A stretch of DNA of 64,000 nt from an uncultured Gammaproteobacteria bacterium (GCA_964400625.1 CAYNUS010000001.1:116606-180605); one strand, 5' to 3'. Numbered from the stretch's first letter, positions 50,926 to 60,705 are shown. The notes: a model not told the origin generated them from the letters alone. Made by a program: numbers and translations.

Positions 50926-51354
50926 ATGAAGAACACCATCCGTCAGATCTACTTCTACGCGGCGACGCTGATCTTCCTGATCATGACCGTCATCGCGGCC
51001 GTCTCGCTGGTCAACCTGACCATGAAGACGTACGTCCTCACCAAGGCCGACGGCGCCTACGGCCCGAAGTGCGACGAGTCCGGCCTCACCTATTACGAGC
51101 CCCGGCCGATGCCGGTCGAGCCCGTGAAGGACGGCGAACCGGCCAAGGAACTGACGGCGGAGGAGAAGGCCCAGCGCAAGGCCGACTGCGAGAAGGCCAT
51201 CGCCGACCAGAAGGCCGCCGACCGCCAGCGCGAACTGGCCCAGAGCCTCTCGATGCTGATCGTGGCCGCTCCCCTGTTCTGGCTCCACTTCAAGTGGGTG
51301 CAGAAGGAGCGCGAGACCGAGCTCAAGATGGGGGAAAACGGCAAGCAGGCCTAG
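50926..51354 (+). CDS. Hypothetical two-TM membrane protein inserted between rplK and rplA
   Basis: MKNTIRQIYFYAATLIFLIMTVIAAVSLV... and C-terminal TM. ATG 50926 preferred over the track TTG 50908. Confidence 0.55.
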   Translation: MKNTIRQIYFYAATLIFLIMTVIAAVSLVNLTMKTYVLTKADGAYGPKCDESGLTYYEPRPMPVEPVKDGEPAKELTAEEKAQRKADCEKAIADQKAADRQRELAQSLSMLIVAAPLFWLHFKWVQKERETELKMGENGKQA

Positions 51355-51458
51355 CCCTTGCCAAGAATGCCCGCTTCCGCTAGGATGCGGGCATTAACGT
51401 TTAAGCACGTGGGAGTACCCCTGCGCCAAGGCTCGGGGTACGACTGACCACGCTTCAT

Positions 51459-52136
51459 ATGAAGAAAGGCAAGAAGTACGTCGAAGCGGCCAAGCTGATC
51501 GAACCCGGCAAGATCTACGGCACGGAGGAAGCCATGGCGCTCGCCAAGCAGACCTCCAAGACGAAGTTCGACGGATCGGTGGAAGTCCACCTCCGCCTGG
51601 GCATCGACCCGAAGAAGTCCGACCAGCAGGTCCGCGGCACCATCGTCCTTCCGCACGGCACCGGCAAGACCCGCAAGGTCATCGCCTTCGTCGCCGCCGA
51701 CAAGGAGAAGGAGGCCAAGGAAGCCGGCGCCGACGCCATCGGCACGCAGGAGACGATCGAAGAGATCGCCAAGACCGGCAAGTTCGAGTGGGACCTCGCG
51801 GTCGCCACGCCGGACATGATGCCGAAGCTCGCCAAGGTCGCGAAGGTCCTCGGTCCCAAGGGCCTCATGCCGAACCCGAAGTCCGACACCGTCGGCACCA
51901 ACGTCACGAAGATGGTCTCGGAACTCAAGAAGGGCAAGCTCGCCTTCAAGACCGACGACTACGGCATCGTGCACACGGTCATCGGCAAGGTCTCGTTCGA
52001 CGCCAAGGCGCTCGCCGAGAACTACGAAGTCCTCCTCGAGACGATCCGCAAGGCCAAGCCTTCCTCGTCCAAGGGCGTCTTCCTCAAGAACGTGACGGTC
52101 GCGACCACCATGGGTCCGGCCATCCGCACGGTCTAA
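51459..52136 (+). CDS. rplA: 50S ribosomal protein L1
   Basis: [20 protein letters not shown]... Confidence 0.95.
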   Translation: MKKGKKYVEAAKLIEPGKIYGTEEAMALAKQTSKTKFDGSVEVHLRLGIDPKKSDQQVRGTIVLPHGTGKTRKVIAFVAADKEKEAKEAGADAIGTQETIEEIAKTGKFEWDLAVATPDMMPKLAKVAKVLGPKGLMPNPKSDTVGTNVTKMVSELKKGKLAFKTDDYGIVHTVIGKVSFDAKALAENYEVLLETIRKAKPSSSKGVFLKNVTVATTMGPAIRTV

Positions 52137-52138
52137 GC

Positions 52139-52170
52139 GAAAGAAAAAAGACCGGCCCCGTCAGGGGTCG
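52139..52170 (+). terminator. Terminator after rplA
   Basis: GACCGGCCCC-gtca-GGGGTCGG followed by TTTTCG. Confidence 0.5.
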
Positions 52171-53051
52171 GTTTTCGTTTCCGCGTCGGCGTAGACCGGA
52201 ACGGCGTGGTCGTCGAACGGGACGTGGTCCCAGCCGTAGTAGAGGAACGGGGCGTTCCCGTCATGCGAGAAGCGCGGATGATGCGCCAGGCGCCGGATGC
52301 CGAGGTGGCCGAGCGCATGCGGGACGCCCGGGAGCTCGTAGCCCGGGAGCCAGACGCGCGGCACGATGCGGCCGTCCATGCGCGCGATCCAGAGCGGGAA
52401 GTGCGCGGCCGCCGCGAGGATCCCCGCATGGGGACGCTCGGTGCCGGGCGGCAGCTTGAACGGCGAGGTGCCGCAGAGCCGCACGCACTGCGGGTCCGGT
52501 TCGGGCCAGCCGTGTCCGAGGTCGATGACCCTCCAGCCGAGGCCGGGGCGATGGACGTGGCCGGGAGCCAGCGCGAGCCGCACGTCGGAGGCGAGGCCGA
52601 AGAGGTGGCACGGCCTGAAGCCCTGTTCGGCGACGAGGACGGCCATGAGCTCGTCGAAGGTCCGGCGGACGCCCGGCGTGCCGTCGCGCCCGTCCGGCAG
52701 GCCGATCTCGAGGACCAACACCTTCAGCTGGAGCTTGCCGTCGGCCGGAGCTTCCGGCGCCGGCGGGACCTCGCGGGCGAGATCGTCGATGTCGTCGTCG
52801 GTGAAGCCCCAGCCGCGCGCGGCGTTCCAGCGCATCAGGTTGAGGAGCTGGACGCGCGGGGCGACGAACATCGCGGCGCGCTCCGCATCGCGGAGCGCAT
52901 GCTCGCGGCGGACGTCGTCCGTCAGCACGGCCCACTTGCCGAAGAGGAAATCGCGGTAGCCGGCGTCGGGATCGTCCATGACGTCCCTGAGCGCCGCGGC
53001 GGCCCGGAGCATCCGGGCGATCTGGGCGTCGGAAAAGCGTCGCTGCTTCAT
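52161..53051 (-). CDS. Hypothetical protein (296 aa)
   Basis: Minus frame is more protein-like than the overlapping plus-frame ORF (R/E/D/A-rich antisense pattern); no recognised family. Confidence 0.4.
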   Translation of the reverse strand: MKQRRFSDAQIARMLRAAAALRDVMDDPDAGYRDFLFGKWAVLTDDVRREHALRDAERAAMFVAPRVQLLNLMRWNAARGWGFTDDDIDDLAREVPPAPEAPADGKLQLKVLVLEIGLPDGRDGTPGVRRTFDELMAVLVAEQGFRPCHLFGLASDVRLALAPGHVHRPGLGWRVIDLGHGWPEPDPQCVRLCGTSPFKLPPGTERPHAGILAAAAHFPLWIARMDGRIVPRVWLPGYELPGVPHALGHLGIRRLAHHPRFSHDGNAPFLYYGWDHVPFDDHAVPVYADAETKTDP

Positions 53052-53144
53052 GGAAGTCTCTCGAACCTCCTTCGGTTCCGAAAGGACCGAGGCAACCTCA
53101 TCATACTTGCCGAGCCGGCGTCAAAACGCTAAGGTTGGAACGAT

Positions 53145-53651
53145 ATGCCCACCACCCAACGGCCTTCCTGGGACGACTACTTCATGAGCATCGCCAAGAT
53201 CGTGGCGACGCGCGGCACCTGCGACCGCCTCCAGGTCGGCGCGCTCCTGGTGAAAGGCAACCGCATCATCGCGACCGGCTACAACGGCGCGCCCCCGGGC
53301 ATGCCGCACTGCGACGGAGCGGACGGCCACCAGATGGAGAACGGCCACTGCATCCGCACGGTCCATGCCGAGGAGAACTGCCTCCTGCAGGCGGCGGTCC
53401 TGGGCGGCCAGGGCACGACCGGTTCCACGCTCTACACCACGCACTCCCCCTGCCACCACTGCTTCAAGGCCGCCGCCGTCGCCGGCGTGAAGCGCATCGT
53501 GGCCGGCGCGGAATACCGGTCCGCCGCGGTGGTCGAAGCCCTCAAGCACGCGAGCGTCGCCTTCGACTTCTACCAGCCGTCGCCCGAATGGACCGAACGG
53601 CTCGCCAAGGCCTTCACGGCCCCTCTCGAGAATTACGTCTCCAAGGCATGA
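53145..53651 (+). CDS. dCMP deaminase (CMP/dCMP-type zinc deaminase)
   Basis: HAEENC ... SPCHHC zinc-binding motifs. Confidence 0.9.
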   Translation: MPTTQRPSWDDYFMSIAKIVATRGTCDRLQVGALLVKGNRIIATGYNGAPPGMPHCDGADGHQMENGHCIRTVHAEENCLLQAAVLGGQGTTGSTLYTTHSPCHHCFKAAAVAGVKRIVAGAEYRSAAVVEALKHASVAFDFYQPSPEWTERLAKAFTAPLENYVSKA

Positions 53652-54256
53652 ACGACAAGATCATCATCGGACTGGTCGGCGAAGCCGCGGCGGGCAAAGG
53701 CACCGTCGCCGCGTTCCTGACCGAGAAATACGGCGCCTCCACCCACACCTTCTCGAAGGCGATGAAGGAATGCGTCGCGCGCCTGTACCTGCCGCTCTCG
53801 CGCGAGAACCTCACCAAGTTCTCGACGCTCACCCGCGAGGCCTTCGGCCAGGATCTCTATGCCCGCGTCGTCGCCAAGGACTGCGAGGCCGACGCGCATG
53901 ACATCATCGTCGTCGACGGCATCCGCCTCGACGCCGACATGGTGGCGCTCAAGGGCTTCCCCGGCTTCCATCTCATCTACGTCACCGCTCCCGTCGAGAT
54001 CCGCTGGCAGCGCGCGCGGAAGCGCGGCGAGAAGGCCGGCGAATCCGACATGTCGCTGGAAGACTTCAAGAAGGAGGAGCTCCTGCCGACGGAACTCGCC
54101 ATCAAGGAGATCGGCGCGCGCGCCGAGTTCACGGTCCCGAACGACGGCGACTTCGCCGAGCTCTACACCTCGATGGAATCCATCCTGAACTACATCAAGG
54201 CCGGCGATTTCGACCACCCGCACCCGCATCGCAACAAGCTGCACCCTTCCTCCTAA
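53648..54256 (+). CDS. P-loop NTPase, nucleoside-monophosphate-kinase-like (paralog of 42787..43376)
   Basis: Walker A GEAAAGKGT; ATGA overlap with the dCMP deaminase stop. Start trimmed from track ORF 53135. Confidence 0.65.
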   Translation: MNDKIIIGLVGEAAAGKGTVAAFLTEKYGASTHTFSKAMKECVARLYLPLSRENLTKFSTLTREAFGQDLYARVVAKDCEADAHDIIVVDGIRLDADMVALKGFPGFHLIYVTAPVEIRWQRARKRGEKAGESDMSLEDFKKEELLPTELAIKEIGARAEFTVPNDGDFAELYTSMESILNYIKAGDFDHPHPHRNKLHPSS

Positions 54257-54354
54257 CCGTCATTCCGACCGACGAGCGCAGCGAGGAGCGGAGGAACCGC
54301 TTGCCTCGTATGAACCGAAAGGGGTTCCTCGGCTTCGCTCGGAACGACACGCCC

Positions 54355-54786
54355 ATGAAAGCCCGCATCACCCGCCTCCGCGACGACGTGCCGCTCCCGA
54401 AGTACGAGACTCCGGGGGCGTGCTGTTTCGATCTCGTCTGCGTCGAGGACGCCACGATCGCGCCGAAGGCCATCGCCGACCTGCCGACCGGCCTCGTCTT
54501 CTGCGTCCCCGACGGCTACATGCTCCTCGTCGCTCCCCGCTCGTCGACGCCCGTGAAGAAGGGCCTCACCATGCCGCACGGCATCGGCATCATCGATCAG
54601 GACTTCTGCGGCCCCGGCGACGAGCTGAAGCTCCGCGTCATGAACTTCACCGACGCGCCGGTGGAGCTCAAGAAGGGCGATCGCGTATGCCAGGCCGGCT
54701 TCGTCCGCGTCGACCGCGCCGAATGGGAAGAGGGCGAAGCGGCCTCGGAAACGACCCGTGGAGGCCTCGGTTCGACCGGCAAATGA
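54355..54786 (+). CDS. dut: dUTP diphosphatase (dUTPase)
   Basis: Motifs PGACCFDL, PRSS, GIGIIDQDFCG. Start trimmed to MKARITRL at 54355. Confidence 0.85.
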   Translation: MKARITRLRDDVPLPKYETPGACCFDLVCVEDATIAPKAIADLPTGLVFCVPDGYMLLVAPRSSTPVKKGLTMPHGIGIIDQDFCGPGDELKLRVMNFTDAPVELKKGDRVCQAGFVRVDRAEWEEGEAASETTRGGLGSTGK

Positions 54787-54872
54787 CTGTTGATAACTCA
54801 GGTTTGTAGGGCGGTGCGGCTTCTGCGAAGATAGGCGCACCGTTCTTTCGTTCAAGGGTAAAGGAGCCACCT

Positions 54873-56558
54873 ATGAAGTTCTCGGACGAGGAAAAAGCGC
54901 AGCTTTCGAAGTACGTCACCGACACCGAGGGCGACATCTTCGCCGTGACGAACCTCCCCGGCATCGTCGGCGCCGTCTACGCCCGGTACAGCCGGGCGCA
55001 GGGCGGCTTCCGCGAGACGCTCCTCAAGGAGTTCATCAAGGACGGCAACATCGACGTCGTGAAGGCGGGCGACCTGATCGAGCGCGTGCTGATCGCGTTC
55101 GGCGACGACTCCGTCGGCGAGCTCGAAGGCACGCACATGTCGTTCGAGAACATGTCCATCCTCGCCACCAAGGAGATCGAGGACCGGCGCATCGGCGGCT
55201 CGCCCATCGAGCAGTCCACGCGCTACGTCTTCTACGACCGCAAGGGCGACGACGGGAACTTCCGCTACTGCCGCGACGCCAAGGTCATGGCCTCGAAGCA
55301 CGCGCAGGCGTACGTCGAGACGATGGACTTCATCTTCGCGACGTACTGCGAGCTGGTCGAGCCGATGAAGGCCTACTACATGGGCCTGAAGTCCATCGAC
55401 GAGGCCTCGTACGACGTCGTCGGCGACGGCGTGAAGCGGCATCTGGCCGAGCTGACGGACGAGAAGCACAGGAAGGCCTTCTCGATCACGTACAACTCCG
55501 ACATCCGCACCAAGGCCTGCGACACGCTCCGCGCCCTCCTGCCGATCGCGACCCTCACCAACGTGGGCGTCTTCGGCAACGGCCGCTTCTTCCAGAACGT
55601 GCTCACGCACTGCCACTCGTCCCCCATCGACGAGGTCCGCGCCCTCGCCGCGAAGGCGCAGTCCGAACTCGCCAAGATCATCCCCCGCTACGTCCAGCGC
55701 GCCAAGCCGAACGCCTACGCCATGGCGACGCGCGCGAACATGGACACGCTCGCGAAGGTCCTCTTCGCCGGGCTCGCGCCGGAGGACGGCAAGGAAGTCG
55801 ACCTGCTCGATCGCGGCGGCGACTTCATCACGAAGGCCATCCATGCCGGCCGGGTGATCCACGCGCAGTCGGTCGAGGACGCCATCCTCGCGGAGGAAGA
55901 CAACCTCGCCATGGCGCTCATGCTCTACCCGCACCTGCCGCACCCCCTGCGCCAGATCCGCGACGTCGTGCGCGGCCTGTCGGAGGAAAAGAAGGTCCTC
56001 ATCCGCGAGACGTACATCGGCGACCGCAAGACGCGCCGCGACCGCCCCGGCCGCGCGCTCGAAGCGGGCTACCGCTACACCTTCGACCTGGTGACCGACT
56101 TCGGGACCTATAAGGACCTGGAGCGCCACCGCATGATGACGCAGTCGCGCCAGCGCTTCACGCCGACGCTCGGCTTCAACATGCCGGAGGACCTCGTCCG
56201 CGCCGGATACGCCGCCAAGGCCGAGGCCTGCGTCGAGAAGGCGATCGCGCTCCACGAGGCGCTCCGCGAGGAGTTCCCCGAAGCCGCGTCCTATGCGACG
56301 CTCCACGGCTCCCGCGTCCGCTGGACCATGGGCATCAACGACCGCGCGCTCATGCACATGATCGAACTGCGCACGACCCCGCAGGGACACCCGTCCTACC
56401 GCCGGATCTGCGCGATGATGCATGACGCCGTCGCGGCCCGCTCCGCCTGGCGCGGCGCGGCCATGAAGTTCGCCGATCACGGCGAGTATTTCTGGAGCCG
56501 CGCGGATTCCGAGGCCAAGCAGAGGGTCAAGGAAGCCGCGCTCGAAACCAAGGAGTGA
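54873..56558 (+). CDS. thyX: Flavin-dependent thymidylate synthase ThyX, long (~560 aa) form
   Basis: RHRMMTQSRQR ThyX signature in the C-terminal half; AAGGAG RBS. Confidence 0.85.
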   Translation: MKFSDEEKAQLSKYVTDTEGDIFAVTNLPGIVGAVYARYSRAQGGFRETLLKEFIKDGNIDVVKAGDLIERVLIAFGDDSVGELEGTHMSFENMSILATKEIEDRRIGGSPIEQSTRYVFYDRKGDDGNFRYCRDAKVMASKHAQAYVETMDFIFATYCELVEPMKAYYMGLKSIDEASYDVVGDGVKRHLAELTDEKHRKAFSITYNSDIRTKACDTLRALLPIATLTNVGVFGNGRFFQNVLTHCHSSPIDEVRALAAKAQSELAKIIPRYVQRAKPNAYAMATRANMDTLAKVLFAGLAPEDGKEVDLLDRGGDFITKAIHAGRVIHAQSVEDAILAEEDNLAMALMLYPHLPHPLRQIRDVVRGLSEEKKVLIRETYIGDRKTRRDRPGRALEAGYRYTFDLVTDFGTYKDLERHRMMTQSRQRFTPTLGFNMPEDLVRAGYAAKAEACVEKAIALHEALREEFPEAASYATLHGSRVRWTMGINDRALMHMIELRTTPQGHPSYRRICAMMHDAVAARSAWRGAAMKFADHGEYFWSRADSEAKQRVKEAALETKE

Positions 56559-56561
56559 ACC

Positions 56562-57224
56562 ATGCCGCGAGGCAAACTCATCGTCATCGACGGCGGAGAC
56601 GGCTCCGGCAAGACCAAGCAGACCGAGCTTCTCGTCGCGCGCGGCACGAAGGAAGGCAAGCCGTTCGGCACGCTCTCCTACCCCCGTTACGAGAAGAAGA
56701 CCGGCATCGTCGTGAAGGCGTACCTGAACGGCGAATTCGGCCCTCCGCTGGACGTCCCGGCCGAACAGGCCTCGATGCTCTATGCCGTCGACCGGTGGGC
56801 TTCCTATAAGGAGGGGGACTTCGCCGAGCTCGAGCAGGGGCGCCACATGATCGCCAACCGGTATTCCGGCTCGAACATGGGGCACCAAGGCTCGAAGATC
56901 GACGACCCGGCCAAGCGCACCGCGTTCTTCAAGTGGAACGACGCGCTCGAGCACGAGTTCTTCGGCATCCCCCGCCCCGACCTCAACATCATCCTGCACG
57001 TCCCGGCCGACATCTCGATCTCGCTGATCGACGGCCGCGGCAACGCCAAGGACGGCCACGAGAACGTCGAGCACCTGCGACGCGCCGAGGCCACCTACCT
57101 CGAGCTCGCCCGCACGTTCCCCGGCTTCGTCCTGATCGAATGCGTGAAGGACGGCAAGCTCCTCCCCCCGGAGGACATCCACGAGCTCGTCTGGGCCGAA
57201 GTCAGCAAGGCGCTGGCGGCCTGA
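56562..57224 (+). CDS. tmk: Thymidylate kinase
   Basis: P-loop VIDGGDGSGKT, DRW(Y) motif, lid region. Confidence 0.88.
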   Translation: MPRGKLIVIDGGDGSGKTKQTELLVARGTKEGKPFGTLSYPRYEKKTGIVVKAYLNGEFGPPLDVPAEQASMLYAVDRWASYKEGDFAELEQGRHMIANRYSGSNMGHQGSKIDDPAKRTAFFKWNDALEHEFFGIPRPDLNIILHVPADISISLIDGRGNAKDGHENVEHLRRAEATYLELARTFPGFVLIECVKDGKLLPPEDIHELVWAEVSKALAA

Positions 57225-57237
57225 CGCACCGTCCGAA

Positions 57238-57262
57238 CGGCCCCTCACGGGGTCTTTTTTTA
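57238..57262 (+). terminator. Terminator after tmk
   Basis: GGCCCC-tcac-GGGGTC followed by T7. Confidence 0.55.
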
Positions 57263-57292
57263 TGCGGAAACACCTGCTAGAGTGGCCATACT

Positions 57293-58828
57293 ATGACTTT
57301 GGAGCCCGTAATCGGGCTGGAAATCCACGTCCAGCTCAAGACCAAATCCAAGATGTTCTGCGGGTGCGACAACCGCGCCGAGGACGCGCCGCCGAACACC
57401 GCCGTCTGCCCCGTCTGCATGGGCCACCCCGGCACCCTCCCCGTCGCCAACCGCCAGGCGATCGAGTTCGGCACGCTCGCCTCGCTCGCCCTCGGCTGCC
57501 GCATCACCAAGGAGTCGAAGTTCGACCGCAAGAACTACTTCTACCCCGACCTGCCGAAGGGCTATCAGATCTCCCAGTTCGACAAGCCTGTCGGCGTCGA
57601 GGGCAAGATGACCCTCGAGAACCCGCTCGCCAAGGAAGGAGAACGGAAGGTCTTCACGATCGGCATCACGCGCCTTCACCTCGAAGAGGACGCCGCCAAG
57701 CTCCAGCACGCTTCCGACGGCGCCTCGTCGCTCGTCGACTTCAACCGCGCCGGCACGCCGCTGGCCGAGATCGTCACGGAACCGGATTTCGCCTCCCCCG
57801 CCGAGGCCAAGGTCTTCCTCCATGAGCTCCGCCTCATCATGCGCACGCTCGGCGTCTCGGACGCCGACATGGAGAAGGGACACCTGCGCTGCGACGCGAA
57901 CGTCAGCCTCCGCGAGGTCATCGACGACCCCGCCGTCGAGCGCGAGACGGTCCTGCGCTTCAACCCCAAGACGGAAGTGAAGAACCTGAACTCCTTCAAG
58001 TCCGTCGAGCGCGCGCTCGAATACGAGATCGTCCGGCAGACCGCCCTCTGGAACGCCGGCACGCCGCCGATGCAGACCACGACGCGCGGCTGGGACGACG
58101 ACAAGCAGATCACCGTCCTCCAGCGCGTGAAGGAAGGCATGGCCGACTACCGCTACTTCCCGGAACCGGACCTTCCCCCGCTCGCGCTCGCCTCGATCGA
58201 GATGGACGTGCGCGCCAGGATGCCGGAGCTCCCCGAGGCCAAGCGCCAGCGCTTCCGCGACGAATACGCCTTCACCCCGGCCGACGCCAAGCAGATCGTC
58301 GACAACCCCTACCTCGCGGACTTCACCGAGAAGGTCATGTCCGAACTCCAGGCATGGCTCGACGCCTCGGACGAGAAGGAGCCCTGGGAGGCGCAGAAGG
58401 CGAAGTTCGCCAAGCTCGTCTCCGGCTGGATGCTCTCGAAGCTCCTCGGCATGCTCTCCGAAATCGGCTCCGACATCCGCATCATGAAGATCACGCCCGA
58501 AGACTTCGCCGAGTTCGTCGCGATGGTCCATCAGGGCAAGATCAACAGCACCGCGGCCCAGGAAGTCCTCCGCACGATGCTCGAGGCCGGACAGGACCCC
58601 TCGCAGATCGTCGCCGAAAAGGGGCTCGAGCAGGTCTCCGACGTCGGCGACCTGGAGCTCGCCTGCGACAACGTCATCCTCGCGAACGCCAAGGTGGTCG
58701 ATGACTACAAGGGCGGCACGAAGAACGCCATCATGTTCCTGGTCGGCCAGGTCATGAAGGAGACGCGAGGCAAGGCCAAGCCCGACCTCGTCCGCGAGAT
58801 CCTCGAAGCGAAACTCGGTAACGTCTAA
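57293..58828 (+). CDS. gatB: Asp-tRNA(Asn)/Glu-tRNA(Gln) amidotransferase subunit B
   Basis: MTLEPVIGLEIHVQLKTKSKMFCGC...; full-length GatB with C-terminal YqeY-like domain. Confidence 0.92.
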   Translation: MTLEPVIGLEIHVQLKTKSKMFCGCDNRAEDAPPNTAVCPVCMGHPGTLPVANRQAIEFGTLASLALGCRITKESKFDRKNYFYPDLPKGYQISQFDKPVGVEGKMTLENPLAKEGERKVFTIGITRLHLEEDAAKLQHASDGASSLVDFNRAGTPLAEIVTEPDFASPAEAKVFLHELRLIMRTLGVSDADMEKGHLRCDANVSLREVIDDPAVERETVLRFNPKTEVKNLNSFKSVERALEYEIVRQTALWNAGTPPMQTTTRGWDDDKQITVLQRVKEGMADYRYFPEPDLPPLALASIEMDVRARMPELPEAKRQRFRDEYAFTPADAKQIVDNPYLADFTEKVMSELQAWLDASDEKEPWEAQKAKFAKLVSGWMLSKLLGMLSEIGSDIRIMKITPEDFAEFVAMVHQGKINSTAAQEVLRTMLEAGQDPSQIVAEKGLEQVSDVGDLELACDNVILANAKVVDDYKGGTKNAIMFLVGQVMKETRGKAKPDLVREILEAKLGNV

Positions 58829-58839
58829 CCACCACGCAT

Positions 58840-59310
58840 ATGGCCCGCAGCAACGCCGCCGAAGCCTGGCAGCCGCAGGAAGATCCGAAGGACGGCATCG
58901 AGGAGCTCCCGCAGGATCTCCTGAAGGAAGTCCCGCCGCCGACGCCGGAGAACAAGGACATGAAGGAGGCCCTCGAGAGCCTCCAGGAACTCTCCGAAAC
59001 GCGCGAAGACGACGCGATGCGGCGCGAGCGCGAGGAAGCCTCCGCGGCCGCGACGGCGGAGATCCGGAAGACCATCGCCGAGCGCGACAAGGCGGCGCTG
59101 GAACGCGCGCGCCGCGCCCTGGGCGCGAGCGTCCTCCGCGAGCTTCCGCCCGAGGACGTGAAGATCGACGCCGAGAGCAGCTGGGCCAACCAGGCCGAAC
59201 GCGATCTCGGCCCTCGCAAGAAGGCGGAACCGCCGCCGATCCCGGCCGCCGCCAAGAAGCCGGAGGCGAAGAAGCCCTGGTACAAGCGCCTGTTCGGATC
59301 CAAAGGCTGA
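58840..59310 (+). CDS. Hypothetical charged low-complexity protein
   Basis: E/K/A/P-rich; terminator AAAAGGACCCCGCGAGGGGTCCTTTCGTTT at 59318-59347. Confidence 0.45.
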   Translation: MARSNAAEAWQPQEDPKDGIEELPQDLLKEVPPPTPENKDMKEALESLQELSETREDDAMRREREEASAAATAEIRKTIAERDKAALERARRALGASVLRELPPEDVKIDAESSWANQAERDLGPRKKAEPPPIPAAAKKPEAKKPWYKRLFGSKG

Positions 59311-59560
59311 AGACGGAAAAGGACCCCGCGAGGGGTCCTTTCGTTTCCGGCAAGGGGCCGCAGGATTGCGGACGACCGCGACGAGGCGCGCCCGTCCCCT
59401 GAGAATCAGTGCGGCGGCGTGAGAAGTAGCCGACGCTCCGAAAAAACCTGCGGCCCTCTGCCGGACTGGAGGATTCTAGCACCGCGCCATGGGCGGTTCA
59501 AGATTCCCATGTGGACGAAAACGAAATCCCCTTCGCGCGTGGCGAAGGGGATGCGGAAGG

Positions 59561-59732
59561 GTTAGGCGGCCTTGGAAGGCAGGATCTTGAAGATGCCGGT
59601 GCCGCACACGGGGCAGACGCCCTTGAGCGCAGGGCGCGTCTTGCCGCCCTTGGCGGGCATCTGGACCTCTTGCGCGTCTTTGATCTCGCGCTTTTCCTTG
59701 CACTTCACGCAGTAACCCATGGTGGGTTCCAT
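59561..59732 (-). CDS. Small zinc-ribbon protein (DUF5679-like), 57 aa, absent from the ORF track
   Basis: Manual translation MEPTMGYCVKCKEKREIKDAQEVQMPAKGGKTRPALKGVCPVCGTGIFKILPSKAA. Followed on the minus strand by hairpin CCCCTTCGC/GCGAAGGGG plus ATTTCGTTTTCG. Alternative start at 59720. Confidence 0.7.
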
Positions 59733-59808
59733 ACGGGATCGTTATGAATTCTGCGCTTACTATAGCATAAAATAAGGCTTCCCGCAAGGGCCATGACGCT
59801 TATTTCGC

Positions 59809-60705
59809 TTATTTGAGCCAAATTAAGGCTCGGCGCAGGACAGCTTCCGGACGCCCGTACCACTCGACCTTATTTATGCGGCGCCACCAGGTCATCTGGC
59901 GCTTGGCGTACCGCCGCGTGTCCGCCTTGATGGCGTCGACAGCTTCCGCGAGCCCCCGTTTTCCCTCAAGGTGCTCTTTCAGCTCGTGATATCCGATGCC
60001 GCTCATGGACGGAAGTTCCCATGCGTGGCGCTTCGCGAGCCGCCGCGCCTCCTCGACGAGACCCGCCCTCAGCATCGCGTCGACGCGGCGAGCGATGCGG
60101 CGATCGAGTTCCTCCTTGCCGGGGTCGATGCCGACGACGAGCGCGTCGAAGAGCGGCTTCCCTTTCCCTTGCTGGGCGCCGAAGGGCTTGCCGGTCGCAC
60201 GGATGACTTCCAGCGCGCGCGTCGCGTAGCGCGGGTTCGGGCCGATGCGCGCGGCGTAATCGGGATCGAGCTTCTTCAGCCTCTTCAGGATCCACTCCGC
60301 GCCCTTCCCTTCCAAATGCGCGCGGTAGGCCGGGTCCGGCGGCACCTCCGGGATCTCAAGGTTCTCGACGATGGCGCGTACGTACAGTCCCGTGCCGCCG
60401 ACGACGATCGGAAGTCGGCCGCGCTTCAGGATGGAGCGGATGGCCCGGATGGCGCGGCGCTTGTAGTCCGCCAAGGTCAGCGTCTTCGAGGGCGGCACGA
60501 CGTCGATGAGATGGTGCGGGACGCCCGCCGTCTCTTTCGGGGTCGGCTTCGCCGTCCCGATGTCCATGCCCTTGTACAGCAAGCGCGAGTCCGCGGAGAC
60601 GATCTCTCCGCCGACCTTCTTGGCCAGCTTCACGGCCAGGGCGGATTTTCCGGACGCGGTCGGACCGACGATGACGACGATCCGCGGCAGGCTCTTCGGC
60701 GGCAT
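59809..60705 (-). CDS. miaA: tRNA dimethylallyltransferase
   Basis: P-loop VIVGPTASGKSALA and IVVGGTGLY. Confidence 0.92.
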   Translation of the reverse strand: MPPKSLPRIVVIVGPTASGKSALAVKLAKKVGGEIVSADSRLLYKGMDIGTAKPTPKETAGVPHHLIDVVPPSKTLTLADYKRRAIRAIRSILKRGRLPIVVGGTGLYVRAIVENLEIPEVPPDPAYRAHLEGKGAEWILKRLKKLDPDYAARIGPNPRYATRALEVIRATGKPFGAQQGKGKPLFDALVVGIDPGKEELDRRIARRVDAMLRAGLVEEARRLAKRHAWELPSMSGIGYHELKEHLEGKRGLAEAVDAIKADTRRYAKRQMTWWRRINKVEWYGRPEAVLRRALIWLK

